A stretch of DNA of 62,956 bases, the filler included, from Atractiella rhizophila (taxonomy: Eukaryota): assembly GCA_021432655.1 (NCBI GenBank). It is 16 parts of 16 records of this genome, joined end to end, with 100 filler letters (N's around TTAATTAATTAA, not from the genome) between each part and the next. Parts side by side here need not be neighbours in the genome. Positions count along the whole stretch, not along the records: positions 37,479 to 41,452 come from MU272491.1; positions 41,553 to 45,513 come from MU272492.1; positions 45,614 to 49,572 come from MU272493.1; positions 49,673 to 53,629 come from MU272494.1; 12 more parts are not named here. One strand, 5' to 3'. Both the position numbers and the translations under genes were made by a program. The notes under the pieces are model-generated. The model was not told the DNA's origin and did no database searches. It saw nothing but the letters and a program-made list of their open reading frames with translations. Of the stretch, positions 39,921-51,900 are shown one piece after another (the first letter of the stretch is position 1; each line of letters begins with the position of its first letter).

Positions 39921-40039
39921 CAGGAGGTATTATGGCTAGAAGAACTCACTCCCAAGAAGATATATCGGTTTCACAGGTCTCATAACATTTCTCAATCTTT
40001 TGCACTTTCGTTGCATTCCGTCAAAAGTCGTCGATAGCT

Positions 40040-41452
40040 ATGCTTTCTGTCGCCGCCTTTTCGCTCCTGTCTCTCTTACCACTGAGCCTGGCCGCTCAAC
40101 ATGAACACGAGCTTGGAAGAAGAACGGCATCCTATGACCCCGTCACCACGGTGACACAATCAACTGCAGTCCCGATCGCGACTGTCGTTCCTATTGGTGA
40201 TCCAAGGGGTCCAGGGCGTGGTCTGCCTCCGAGGGGACAACAGTATCGTCTGAACTCTTCGTTCGAGATTACTGATACTCCTGTACGTCCAAGCCGCTCC
40301 TTCTGCCTCACAATATAAGAGGTAGCTTACTTCGACATTCAAGGCCACAAGGAGTTATGATTGGTTGATAGCGTCCGTCATCTCCATCTTCCTTTCTATC
40401 GTCATTGACGCAAACATTATCAATAGAGCAAAAACGGCCGCTCCTGATGGCTATTCCAGAAATCTGATCACAATCAATGGTCTTACTCCGGGACCACTGA
40501 TTGAAGGTGAGCATGCCAAGTTTTGTTCTAGGAATTTCTACTAACAGGTGCTCGTCAGCCAACGTGGGAGACACTGTCATTGGTGAGAATAGAGAATTGA
40601 AGCAGGCTGTGGCTGACTTGTACCACTAGTTAACATCACCAACACATTGGCCTCTAGCACAAGCGTTCATTGGTGATTCTTCTGATTCTTATTTGTACCA
40701 CATCTAAAGGTTGGCTAGGCACGGGATGTATCAGAATTCGACTCCTTGGATGGATGGAGTACCTGGAATGACCCAAGTAATCCTCTCCTTCCTGTAGGCT
40801 ATAGAGTGTTGACAACCTTCACACATAGTGCCCTATCCCAGCGGCTGATGATACTTCGAACGGAACTTTCGTCTACGAATGGGTTGCTCAGGATTATGGA
40901 ACGTATTGGTTAGCTTTTTGCTACGTTTTCCAGCAGGATATTCAATATCCGCGTTAGGTATCACTCCCATTCTGCGGTTCAATACACCGATGGCCTGCAA
41001 GGCCCCCTCATCATCCATTCTCCGGACGATCCGCTGAAACGCGGCGTTGACTTCGATATCGAAGAAGTAAGTTTCTTCTTCCGAACTTAGGTCAAGCGTT
41101 AATACCCTACATTAGGTCATAATGATGGCGGATTGGTACCACGACGAAGCATCCACCATTGTCAACGAAGTATGTTTGTTTTTCCATACCCTCAATGCGT
41201 CACTAATCGCTGCGGCACTAGCTCCTCGATTCTGGTTATCAAGGTTCCATCGCAGCACCGTCACCTCAGTCAGCGCTTTTGAACGGCCAAGGTGAGATCT
41301 CTACACAACATCCTGATTAGGGCTAATGGTAACATTGCAGGAATTTACAACTGCTCCCTCATCGATGACAGCTTAGTCGATGACACCAGCGGCAACTGTA
41401 CAACGCCTGATCAATACCCAGTCTTTGCAGTCGACCCAGCTACTAAGTATCG
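40040..41452 (+). CDS. Secreted multicopper oxidase (laccase/ferroxidase-like, AA1), 5' half, many short exons
   Basis: Signal peptide MLSVAAFSLLSLLPLSLA, followed by APDGYSR..ITINGLTPGPLIEANVGD, the copper motifs SVHW|HG and GTYW|YHSH, WMDGVPGMTQCPI, YTDGLQGPLIIH, DWYHD and PSPQSALLNG. Confidence 0.95.
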
Positions 41453-41767
41453 NNNNNNNNNNNNNNNNNNNNNNNNNNNNNNNNNNNNNNNNNNNNTTAA
41501 TTAATTAANNNNNNNNNNNNNNNNNNNNNNNNNNNNNNNNNNNNNNNNNNNNCAACGTTTTCTTGTTGGTGCTTGCATGTTGTGAGTCGGACGTCTTTTC
41601 GGTGCGCTCATTTCCTTTCGATGGTCTCATCATGTCATGAGGCGCTTTGATCGGTAGTATCGACAGTGCATGCTGCAGGACGATAATCCAATTTCACTAA
41701 CGCTATAATAACCCTTTCACCCGCACCTGTCCTCTCAGGCTCCAATTCGAAACAGACTAGAATTGAA

Positions 41768-42330
41768 ATGCTCTCCCCGCCGTACCCCCCTACGAAACAC
41801 TTTTCTCCTTCCTCCCTGGTGCAAGCAAATGGAAAATCCAAAGTTCTCATTTTCTTTGCGTCCATAGAAGAGAATGGAAAGATGTGGTGCCCAGATTGTG
41901 TGAGAGTGGAAGGCATAGTGAAGCGAGAAGTGCAGCATGGTGAGGAGGGAGAAGAAGGGGAAGGATGGAAAATCATACGTGTTGGACATAAGGGAGAGTG
42001 AGTATCCGACATGATAACATTTTCCTACTGGCGCATCAGAAGCAAGAGGCTCAGGCTGAATTTCTCCTTTTTGGGGTTAGGTGGAAGGACAAGTCGAACT
42101 ATTACCGCAAGGCACCATTCAGTGTCCCCAGTGTCCCTTTTTTGCTCATAGTTCCAGCATTCGAGGAAGGAACAGATTATGATCCTGTGGTGCGCTTTCC
42201 CACCTGTGTGTAGGCGTGCCCTTGATGTTTCACTGCGGTTTAGGAGGTGCTCACGACAGCCCCAAGAACGGAAGAGGATGGTATTCACGATCCTGAGGTG
42301 TTCAAGGCTTTTCTTGCCAACACAGTGTAA
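41768..42330 (+). CDS. Thioredoxin-like protein of the TRP14/TXNDC17 (DUF953) family, WCPDC active site
   Basis: LIFFASIEENGKMWCPDCVRVE...IRVGHKGE|WKDKSNYYRKAPFSVPSVPFLL, with two introns and a stop at 42330. Confidence 0.9.
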
Positions 42331-42455
42331 TAACATTACTTCAACTCCCACCAGCGAGAATCTTGGCCAGTATTCCTTCAAGGGAGTCCCTCACGAGTGT
42401 CTACACCTCATCAATCTCGATCCAAGCCCTATTCCTTTATTAGTCATGCATCCTG

Positions 42456-44501
42456 TATTTCGCCGGAACGATTCTCCCGCGGGAGCTGATGTCTTTCGGA
42501 CGTCCAATATGTTGTTAGCAGCAGGGTACACCTGTTGGATCCAATGACCGGCAAATCTCCTTTATCTTCATGGATGTTTGGGGGCAATGCCAAGTACACA
42601 GTACAGAATGCTCAGAACCCAACAATATATTTGGATAGGGCTCCTGTCGTCGCGGTTTCCGTTAGACGGTTGGGACAACGGCGTTTATGCCAGCTGCTGC
42701 TGCCGTTGAGCTTTATATCCTATCTGGAAGAACCTCGACAGCGGCTCCTCGCTACGTAGGGCATACATTCATCCAGACAAAAAGCCAGAGTAGTCACGTC
42801 ATGAGTCGTGAAATCGTTGCTAGTAAAGCAAAGCATCGGTTGTCGTGCCCGGCCGATTGAAATTCCGCTGTCATGCGGGCTTGTCAGTCTCCATAAAAGC
42901 CACGGCAGCACAAGAATAGGATGGTGGCACAATCCTTGTTTGTACTTCACCAAGCTCGCTGTCTCGATCTTTGTTTGCCCTATATCCCTAATGGCTTCCA
43001 CAATGGAATTCCAACTCACGACAGACTTTCCTCTCCCTCTGAAAGAGAAGCATTATACAGCCGAGGAATTGGTACCCAAGGATGGGAAGCGGAAGATCCT
43101 GATCTTCTATTCCTCACTTGAAGACGACGGTTACGAATGGCATGACGCTCCTTCTGCCTAGTGATAGGTGTTGACAGCATGACAGGTGCCCATTCTGTTC
43201 CAGGATTTCAGACTTTCTAAAGACCGAGGTGCAGAAAGGAGAGGAGGCGGAAGAGGGAGAGGACTGGAAGATCATTCGGGTTGGGCATAAATCAGAGTGC
43301 GTTGCTCATCCTAACGCCGCCCATTTCGTGCTCGTATTGATGTCTCGCCGCGGCCAGGTGGAAGAACCCTACAAATTACTTTCGGCAAGGGCCGTTCTTC
43401 GTCAAAGGAGTACCAACAGTAATCAAGATTCCTGCGGTTCCAGAAGGCAAGGAGGTAAACGCCTTTGTAAGTCGTGTATATTTCGCCGGAACGATTCTCC
43501 CGCGGGAGCTGATGTCTTTCGGACGTCCAATATGTTGTTAGCAGCAGGGTACACCTGTTGGATCCAATGACCGGCAAATCTCCTTTATCTTCATGGATGT
43601 TTGGGGGCAATGCCAAGTACACAGTACAGAATGCTCAGAACCCAACAATATATTTGGATAGGGCTCCTGTCGTCGCGGTTTCCGTTAGACGGTTGGGACA
43701 ACGGCGTTTATGCCAGCTGCTGCTGCCGTTGAGCTTTATATCCTATCTGGAAGAACCTCGACAGCGGCTCCTCGCTACGTAGGGCATACATTCATCCAGA
43801 CAAAAAGCCAGAGTAGTCACGTCATGAGTCGTGAAATCGTTGCTAGTAAAGCAAAGCATCGGTTGTCGTGCCCGGCCGATTGAAATTCCGCTGTCATGCG
43901 GGCTTGTCAGTCTCCATAAAAGCCACGGCAGCACAAGAATAGGATGGTGGCACAATCCTTGTTTGTACTTCACCAAGCTCGCTGTCTCGATCTTTGTTTG
44001 CCCTATATCCCTAATGGCTTCCACAATGGAATTCCAACTCACGACAGACTTTCCTCTCCCTCTGAAAGAGAAGCATTATACAGCCGAGGAATTGGTACCC
44101 AAGGATGGGAAGCGGAAGATCCTGATCTTCTATTCCTCACTTGAAGACGACGGTTACGAATGGCATGACGCTCCTTCTGCCTAGTGATAGGTGTTGACAG
44201 CATGACAGGTGCCCATTCTGTTCCAGGATTTCAGACTTTCTAAAGACCGAGGTGCAGAAAGGAGAGGAGGCGGAAGAGGGAGAGGACTGGAAGATCATTC
44301 GGGTTGGGCATAAATCAGAGTGCGTTGCTCATCCTAACGCCGCCCATTTCGTGCTCGTATTGATGTCTCGCCGCGGCCAGGTGGAAGAACCCTACAAATT
44401 ACTTTCGGCAAGGGCCGTTCTTCGTCAAAGGAGTACCAACAGTAATCAAGATTCCTGCGGTTCCAGAAGGCAAGGAGGTAAACGCCTTTGTAAGTCGTGT
44501 A
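42456..44501. repeat. 1023-bp direct tandem duplication (42456-43478 and 43479-44501)
   Basis: The sequence and the internal ORF translations recur at an exact offset of 1023 (for example 42535/43558, 42808/43831 and 42921/43944). I saw no mismatches. Confidence 0.97.
42991..43478 (+). pseudogene. 3'-truncated duplicate of the WCPFC TRP14-like gene (native last exon missing)
   Basis: Identical to 44014-44501, but the third intron (GTAAGT at 43467) runs into the duplication junction. Confidence 0.75.
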
Positions 44502-44636
44502 CGCCCTTAAACATTGGTCGTCCTAAGCATCGAATAGGAGCACATCAAGAATGCAGAACGTTGCACAGGGTCGGACTTGTTCAATCCTGCGAAACGAACT
44601 GCTTTTCTGGAGATCAACCCATGGATGTATTTGTAG
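44014..44636 (+). CDS. Second TRP14/DUF953-like thioredoxin paralog, WCPFC active site
   Basis: Spliced: MASTMEFQ...ILIFYSSLEDDGYEW|CPFCSRISDFLK...IRVGHKSE|WKNPTNYFRQGPFFVKGVPTVIKI...|EHIKNAERC...WMYL*. The model needs a 46-nt GC-AG intron at 44163-44208. Confidence 0.8.
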
Positions 44637-46370
44637 GCTGGGTCAGGTTGTTGTTGTACCTCTCATCGCCCGTTTCGTCACACTTTCATCTCTCCAGTTC
44701 AACTGCTTCATAACACGTTCTACTGTCCAACGTTCAACGTTCAACGTTAGTTCAGCATGCTATAATTATTGATCTTGTTCCTTCCTCAATGCAAGCCAAA
44801 GTTCTTGAGTTGCGGGCTGGGCTTCATTCCGCTACAGCACTGCTGATGAGTGCAAACAAATGGCGCCTTTTTCAAAATCTCAACCCTTCTATTTACCCTG
44901 CTTTTACCGCCTATCTAGGAACGTGGAGCAGCTTATCTGCCTGCATAGCAGCGAACTCAACTCGAGACCTAGAAATTGAACTGAATCAATTGTTGATCGA
45001 TGGACATCTTGCACTCATCTTGCTCGGCTTTGTAGAGCAGCTTGAAATATACTTTGGCACGCGTTCCGACGAGCCTTGCCTTCCCGGCTTGGCCAGAGGG
45101 AGTCGCCCAGGATAAGAACCTTCGCCCCTTGGTCGTTACATTTCTTAACTTCTAGATAGCTTCGTATGGTAATCTCCAACATCCTTCACACTTAATGGCT
45201 CATTTCAATCTGTTCTTCCGTAGACACTCTCATATCAAGTGCGTGCTTTGATCTCACTAACTGATGACCTCTAATCAGGATAAGCAGCTGTGCCTCTGAG
45301 CTGAGTAAGTTCGCGAGTCCTAGGATTGAGATTCGCTCAAATGTTTCACTCAGAGGCGCCAGAAGGAGCCTGGCGAGTGAGTGTAATCTCTGTACACTCA
45401 GAAGGAGTAAGCTGAAGTGGTTGAGCAGTGTAGCTATTGTGGCGCGTGAGTCGTCGTGTCATCGTGGTTGTAAATGCTGAAGAAGAAAAGAGAATGGAAC
45501 GAAAAATATTTGANNNNNNNNNNNNNNNNNNNNNNNNNNNNNNNNNNNNNNNNNNNNTTAATTAATTAANNNNNNNNNNNNNNNNNNNNNNNNNNNNNNN
45601 NNNNNNNNNNNNNGGGTTGTATCACATTTGTTGAAACGGGATGGATCATCCGGAGCCTAAATTTGTAGGTTCCGCGCAGGTTCTGTTTTGCCTCGTGTTG
45701 AGATCTTTGCTCGTCTTTCGTCCATCATCTCATCTCCGGTTGATGTTGCGCTGCCTTTATCATTCTTACCAAGCATTGGATAGCATTGTTAATTATTGTG
45801 GATCTGCTCATTGGTGGTTGACTGTTATCCGAGACTCTTACCTGTTCATCCCTCGTGGTCGCTGACTGTTCGTACCCGGGATCCTACAACTGGACACCTC
45901 CAACAATTATTACCTTGGATGGAGCAAAAGGTCCCATATGAAGAGATCAAGATTGTAAGCTGTCTCCCAAAGTTCTTGCAGCGCAGCTTGGAGTTGGTCT
46001 AAGTTGGTTCCGATTTGTCAGCGTCTGACAACGTGGCTAAGAAATGTAATTGGGCATGGTGAGGAGGACTTGACTGAGGCTCACAAATGCTCACTCAGGG
46101 CTCAATGTGAATGTGAAACCCCATGACATGAAGTTGTTCAACGTCAAGCTATTGTTAAACGTTGACATGTAACAAGATGCAGCTGGGCTCGCAACGCGCG
46201 AAACAACTGGCCCGTTAAAATGATCGAAGCGGCAACGTTCGACGGTTGGACGACATCGAATGTTCAAGTAGATATTGCGCGCCACTTCCACATAGTTCAG
46301 CACTGTCCTGTTTCAAACTAGGTGTTCTGTCCCACAGAACGTTCGCCACCTAGCTGTGTAGTGGCTCTCT

Positions 46371-47314
46371 ATGGTACATATGCCCTTTCACCACTTGCGA
46401 TGCCAAAGTATCAGGGTCGAAGACCTAAAAGGATTGAGAAGAACGCATCAACAAGGTGAGCATCAACATTTGCACCATTCGCAGGATCCGCAAAAGGATC
46501 CAATTGACACTTCTCGCAGTCATGACTGTGGACTGAAAGTAACTAGGGTACAAGATAGCTTCTCCGTTTCCGAGATTGTTTGTGTTAATATAGGGGGGTG
46601 CACTCAGGAGTATCAGCAGGGCCTACATATCATCGGCCATCCTGAAACCTTAGCCTTAGGACTGAAAGTTTCACTTGAGCGCTACCCCTGGCATGGACAT
46701 CTAAACATTACCCGGCTGTTTGTCAACGTAATTTTTGATGTGACGAATGGAAAACATCCTCCTGCAATAAAGTCAATGTTTCCGAATAACCCCCCTAAGT
46801 GGTTAGTACAAACTTCTTTCACGTTAACTGACAAAACGAATGTGATAGGATCAAGAAACGACACAAATCGAATCCAAGGGACGAAACAATTGCTTATCCG
46901 AAAGACTTCAAGGAGCAGTTCGGAGACCAAAGCAAAACGTGGATTACTGAGAGTGGTACTTCATTGCTCGGAAAGGGAATTGGTACGAACAAAGCCACCT
47001 GGGTGCTCAAATTCAAGCGTAAACACATTCGCCACACTCCAACTACAGACACACTGAAGAAGTTGATAGGCAAAAAACCATTGGCCGATGCTGGCTTTGC
47101 AGTAGTCGTCATGGGGCCTCAGGTTGATCGGAATATCAATATCGAGGTTGTTGCTATGTCTCGCCGTTTTCTCCTGTTCTCGAACCGGTATGAAGTACCC
47201 GAGTCAGACAAACTGGAGTCAGGCGAGAAATGGCCCATCGGATGGAGCAATCCTCGTGAAAGAGCTAGTTGGCTTGCTACCCAGAATGATGTTGATCCTG
47301 GTCCGCAAGGTTGA
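46371..47314 (+). CDS. Hypothetical protein, multi-exon; start uncertain
   Basis: The ORFs 46371-47057 and 46964-47314 join in frame through a GTTAGT..CTGAC..TAG intron (about 46802-46848). The product reads ...LFVNVIFDVTNGKHPPAIKSMFP...GKGIGTNKATWVLK...GFAVVVMG. Confidence 0.5.
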
Positions 47315-47833
47315 GATTAGCAATTTTTCTTTTGTGTTTCGAATTTCTTGAGAACACCGTAGAAATTCAAATTCCAAGTCTTCAAGCTTAAAACACACCG
47401 TATTGGTATGAGTATTTACGGCTCCAATGCCAGAAATTTAAAATATTTCAAGGGTACCATCACATTACATTGGGATTGTCGGTCTTTCCTCTTAATCTCC
47501 TTCTGATTCGCACTATTGATTCTCCAAGTCCACAGCCACATGTTCACCTTTTTTTGCTTCGTCCTTCTATTGACCAATCAGCATCCCCCAGACGGCTTTA
47601 CGGATTGTTTCAGTTCGATGAGGTCTTTGGCATGGCCAGGTCGTAGGGCACCATGAGTGACTCCCTACCTGTTTCAAGTTGTTTCCAATGCCAAAGAAGA
47701 GATCAATGTTGCACGATGGAAAAATTAAGAGCCGCTGACCTGGGCAAACGGTGAAAAAACAAGACAAAGGATGATACTATGCAAAGGGACCACTAAGCCT
47801 GGGATGTTGATGCTCTATTTACAAGCGACAAAG

Positions 47834-48994
47834 CTACGTCGACTCCCCCAGCTTTGCCTGCAGGATCCGGGTACGAAGGCGTCGCATGAGGGGAGGTTGT
47901 AAGAGGATTGCTATTGCCGAGCTGAAAATACCAATGCTAGCCAGCACTGCTTGTGGAATTTGGTGCAGGTACGGAATACCTGAAGTGCTGGCTGTGAACG
48001 CAGAAATAGCGACAAATAATGCAAGGAATTCTGTTCCAAGGCTGAAAATGTCATACAACTTTGCTTTCATGAGGAAATCGTCGTATCGTTGCCATCCAGT
48101 CTTCCTATTTTAGCACCTGTTAATCGCTTTTTCAGAAGGATTGACCATTGATACTTACTCGTCGTTTGGTTTTGCATCGGCTCTGCACCAGAATCTCCAC
48201 TAGGAAACCAGTGTTGAAGTGCTAACTGGGAGAGAAGGGGAATACAAACAGTGCTATTCTCTTGTCGGCCAAGGATTTCTGGTCTGTGGACCTGTGTCAA
48301 CTTAAGAGTTCTACCTGTAATTTTCAAGTCCAGTCCGTCTTGAACAATATTGTCGACGATCGTCCCACTGGCCACCAGCGGTCCTGCCAACAACGTAAGC
48401 TATAACTACAGGAGAAGGACAAGCACGTACTACCTTCGTCATCGAAGCCATCGATAAAGGCTTTGATGCGAGTAGTGGATTTGAACTCTGCACTGAGACT
48501 GGGAAGTGGTGGCTCTATGTGTGCGTCAAAAGCTTCGAAGTACACAAACTGTTCAACAGTTCAAGGAAGTCAGTTCCAACGTGTAACTTGTCGTCGTGGT
48601 CAGGAATCTCGTACACGGAAGAAGCAACAGTCATAGATCTGAGAAACTGCTTTGGTAAAGCTGAGCACTGCTGTCTGCTCTGGCTTTAAGTGCACATCAA
48701 TACCCCAGTTTACGGTATCTAGCTGTAGGTATCAGCGGCCTGGTTCCTTCTTCACGAGAGAGATGACATGCCATCTTTGTGAAATGAAACGAAACGTTTG
48801 TGACTGTCCTCCTTTTTTTCGTCGCAGAGACAGCCTGTGGATGGCTCAGAACAGATAGAAGCACAAGCTTTTGGCCCACCCAGGGAATCCCTGACCAAGG
48901 CAATAACGCTGTGGTGCAGGACAGCTGATTTGACCAAATTGTCCCAAGATGTTATCGTCGCATCCATCCAGTTATGAGTGGGAACTTGAGACAT
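47834..48994 (-). CDS. Hypothetical protein with two C-terminal hydrophobic helices; at least six exons; start uncertain
   Basis: Five consecutive introns (one GC-AG at 48719-48771) splice in consistent phase into one open frame. It ends ...KTGWQRYDDFLMKAKLYDIFSLGTEFLALFVAISAF...AVLASIGIFSSAIAILLQP...EST*. Confidence 0.65.
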
Positions 48995-51900
48995 GTGGGA
49001 AATAGAACCAGCGTCTTCATGTGATCACCCCTTCCTCCAAGAGGGGTGGATCACAGAAACCTGGATGCTTTTAAGACTTGTTCTTTCGCAAGCTCCTGGA
49101 ATAGCTCGATCTGGTGTCTCTCCGTCCTCTGCACTCCAAAAAATCCTTCGCAGAGAGAATCCAATGTAATCATCACATGTGTGATTTACTGTTATATGAT
49201 AGGTGAATATGTGAATGTCCCAGTACTGGTACAATATCAAAGAAGCTCTGCTCTACGTTAAACGATTCTGGTTTCTAACATACTTTGAACCATATCATCT
49301 TACAATCCAAACCTTAAAACGCCGATCGGCTTTGTAGGCCAGCAATGCGGAACTAAGCGACTCCTCCCTTCCAATGTCACAGTAAGTTTGTTGTTCTCGG
49401 TTCATCCTGCCATCTCAGTTGAGTGGCAATTACTTGTTCTGGAATATTATTACTTAGTCCCGTGTTTTCTGGTTTCTCACTATCTTACTTTTCTTGAATG
49501 TTCTAGAATAATGTTTCTACAAATATATAAAGGCTCAAAAAGGCGAAATAATAATCATTGCAATTCCACAATNNNNNNNNNNNNNNNNNNNNNNNNNNNN
49601 NNNNNNNNNNNNNNNNTTAATTAATTAANNNNNNNNNNNNNNNNNNNNNNNNNNNNNNNNNNNNNNNNNNNNCCACGATATCCCCAATGACTTTCTCTCC
49701 TCAGAAGGCATATCAAACCACCTCCCCATCTCCTCTACTCCCGAAAGCAGGTTGACCTTCTCCTTCCGTCCAATTTCCCTTGATTCCACAATCTCCACAC
49801 CTCTATCGTCCAGCTCTCCTTCCAACTTGAAAGACTTGCCCTCAGCCGTCCGTTCGCGACTTTCAGCGCACAGAACTGCTTTTGCAATTTCTTCTTTTCT
49901 GCGTACGATTCAACCTTTCCAAGTGCGAATCCTCGTCCTCCCACCTCACAGCCTGCTCTCGTCACCGTGCCTGTGGGAAAGTGGTTTAGGTTGCATGAAA
50001 CAACCCTGATGGAATCATATTCAGCTAAATGTATTACCATATCAATATCCAAGATACCAAGAATGGTAGAAATACAGTGACTCAAAGAAAAAGGCAAATA
50101 AGGGTCGAGAAGATAGAGTAGGCAGATGACAATGGGACTGAGGAGGAAGGGGAGAATTGTGCGCACAGAGTGAGGCATCTGTGATCTGCATTATGACTTC
50201 AGATACTTCACAAAAATGGTCAAAGAATGGATGCACTTGGAATCCTTGAAATTTGGGAGAAGCAAAACGAATGAATATCCAACCTCTACTGCTGCTATAT
50301 CCCTGTCCTTATGCTTCTGATCCTAAGCATTGCTAAACTCACCTAAGTTATCCAATGAGAATTTGCTGGTTCCAACAGGTCTTACAGAGGGATGTCAACG
50401 TTGCTTTTGAACCATTTGACTGTGTGACTCATGATCCATCCGTCCCCATGGCCACCCCACAAGTACCCTTCTGCTGTGACACCCAACTATCATGAGCTCT
50501 GGTTCTGTGCCAACTTCCATGACAGGTCTGTTGGAAATCGACACACTGAGGTGTGGAGTTAAGTATGACTTGGTTACGTTCGGCTGAGCTCTTGCAAGCG
50601 CATGAGCATCAGGAAATGGAATTCTATGTGTTTATATAGCTTACAGCAGTGGCTACTAGAAAGTAGTAGATTAAGAAAACTAAGGAGCTTTGCTACTCAA
50701 TGGCACTAAACTAGACTGCAAAATCCAACAAGGTCCATCTGCCATGAGTATAACCAAGTTCCTTAGTGGTGCATGGACCATCATGGGCACTATGCCTATC
50801 CTCTGGTTCGCCTCCCATCTGCTTATGTATGAATGTGTTTATCTGAGTGTTAACGCCAATGTAGGCGGCAGATGGATCGACCACCATGTTCATTTTCCTT
50901 TCCTCATGAGTTGGACTTGATTGACTGACTGTTCAGCTGGAACACTTGCCTTGATCATCTATGCCCCCTCTCTCCCCCTCCCTGTCTGACGGTGTCCGCT
51001 ACTTGCATGAATCTAACGCCAAAGTAATAAGTCATAACACCTATTCAGTGGGAAGCATGATGTTTGAGATCGAGTCTCTCACGGTGCATTCAGCCTATCA
51101 TCTGCTGATGGATGAGCCGTCAACGGACAGGAGCTGTCTCCTTTTTGAAAGCGTCAGAGGATTGGTCAGGCGGGTCCATTGGGTCTCAATCTCTTCTTTT
51201 GGGAACAGGATAGGACTGGAAACATGCAGGGAGTCTCTGGAATGTTGCTTCCTGCATCGGATCAACTCTCCTATCCCTCTCTACAAAACTTGGCAGACTT
51301 GCCGATTGAACATTTATGAACGATCTTGCTCAAAGTCATTACTCACCGACCCATCCATACCAAGGATTTTTGCACTTTGAAGACAGTATGCAAGCTATTC
51401 GTTTCTATTCTAAAAGATCTCATCAGCTATCATCCGCTTCGGATGGAAACAGTGCTCTAATTATTGAAAGTCTGTCCAGAGGAGCTTATAAGTGCCAATA
51501 TTTGGTGTATGAACAGAAGACTTTTTTTGTCAATTGCATGCTTCATCAGATGGATGGATGTCAAATATTTGAGATTCCTTCAGACTATATATGTTTCCTG
51601 AATACACTCCCCGGAATAGTCTGCAGCTGTTATCTGTTAACTGAACTAGGCTCTAGGAACTAATATGCACACTTCCACCAAAAAACGGAAAAGACGTTTC
51701 ACTGCCTTTCCTGAGCCATGCCGTCTTGTGCTTTGTGCTTGGTCATTCTTGATATAACACACTGGTACGTCGACACTGCTCTCCTCAGGGTACTTGTTGA
51801 TTACCCATCTCTCTCCTTTAAAGCTTTTGGATGCTAGGGTTGCCACCTGGACTGGCCAAAACAAGGTCTCCTTACACTTATCATTCCTGTTTGTATGGAA

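Noticed and set aside
49020..49053. Hairpin TGTGATC-ACCCCT...AGGGGT-G-GATCACA
   Set aside because: It is a single stem of about 13 bp with a bulge, with no second copy and no recognisable RNA family, so it cannot be distinguished from chance.
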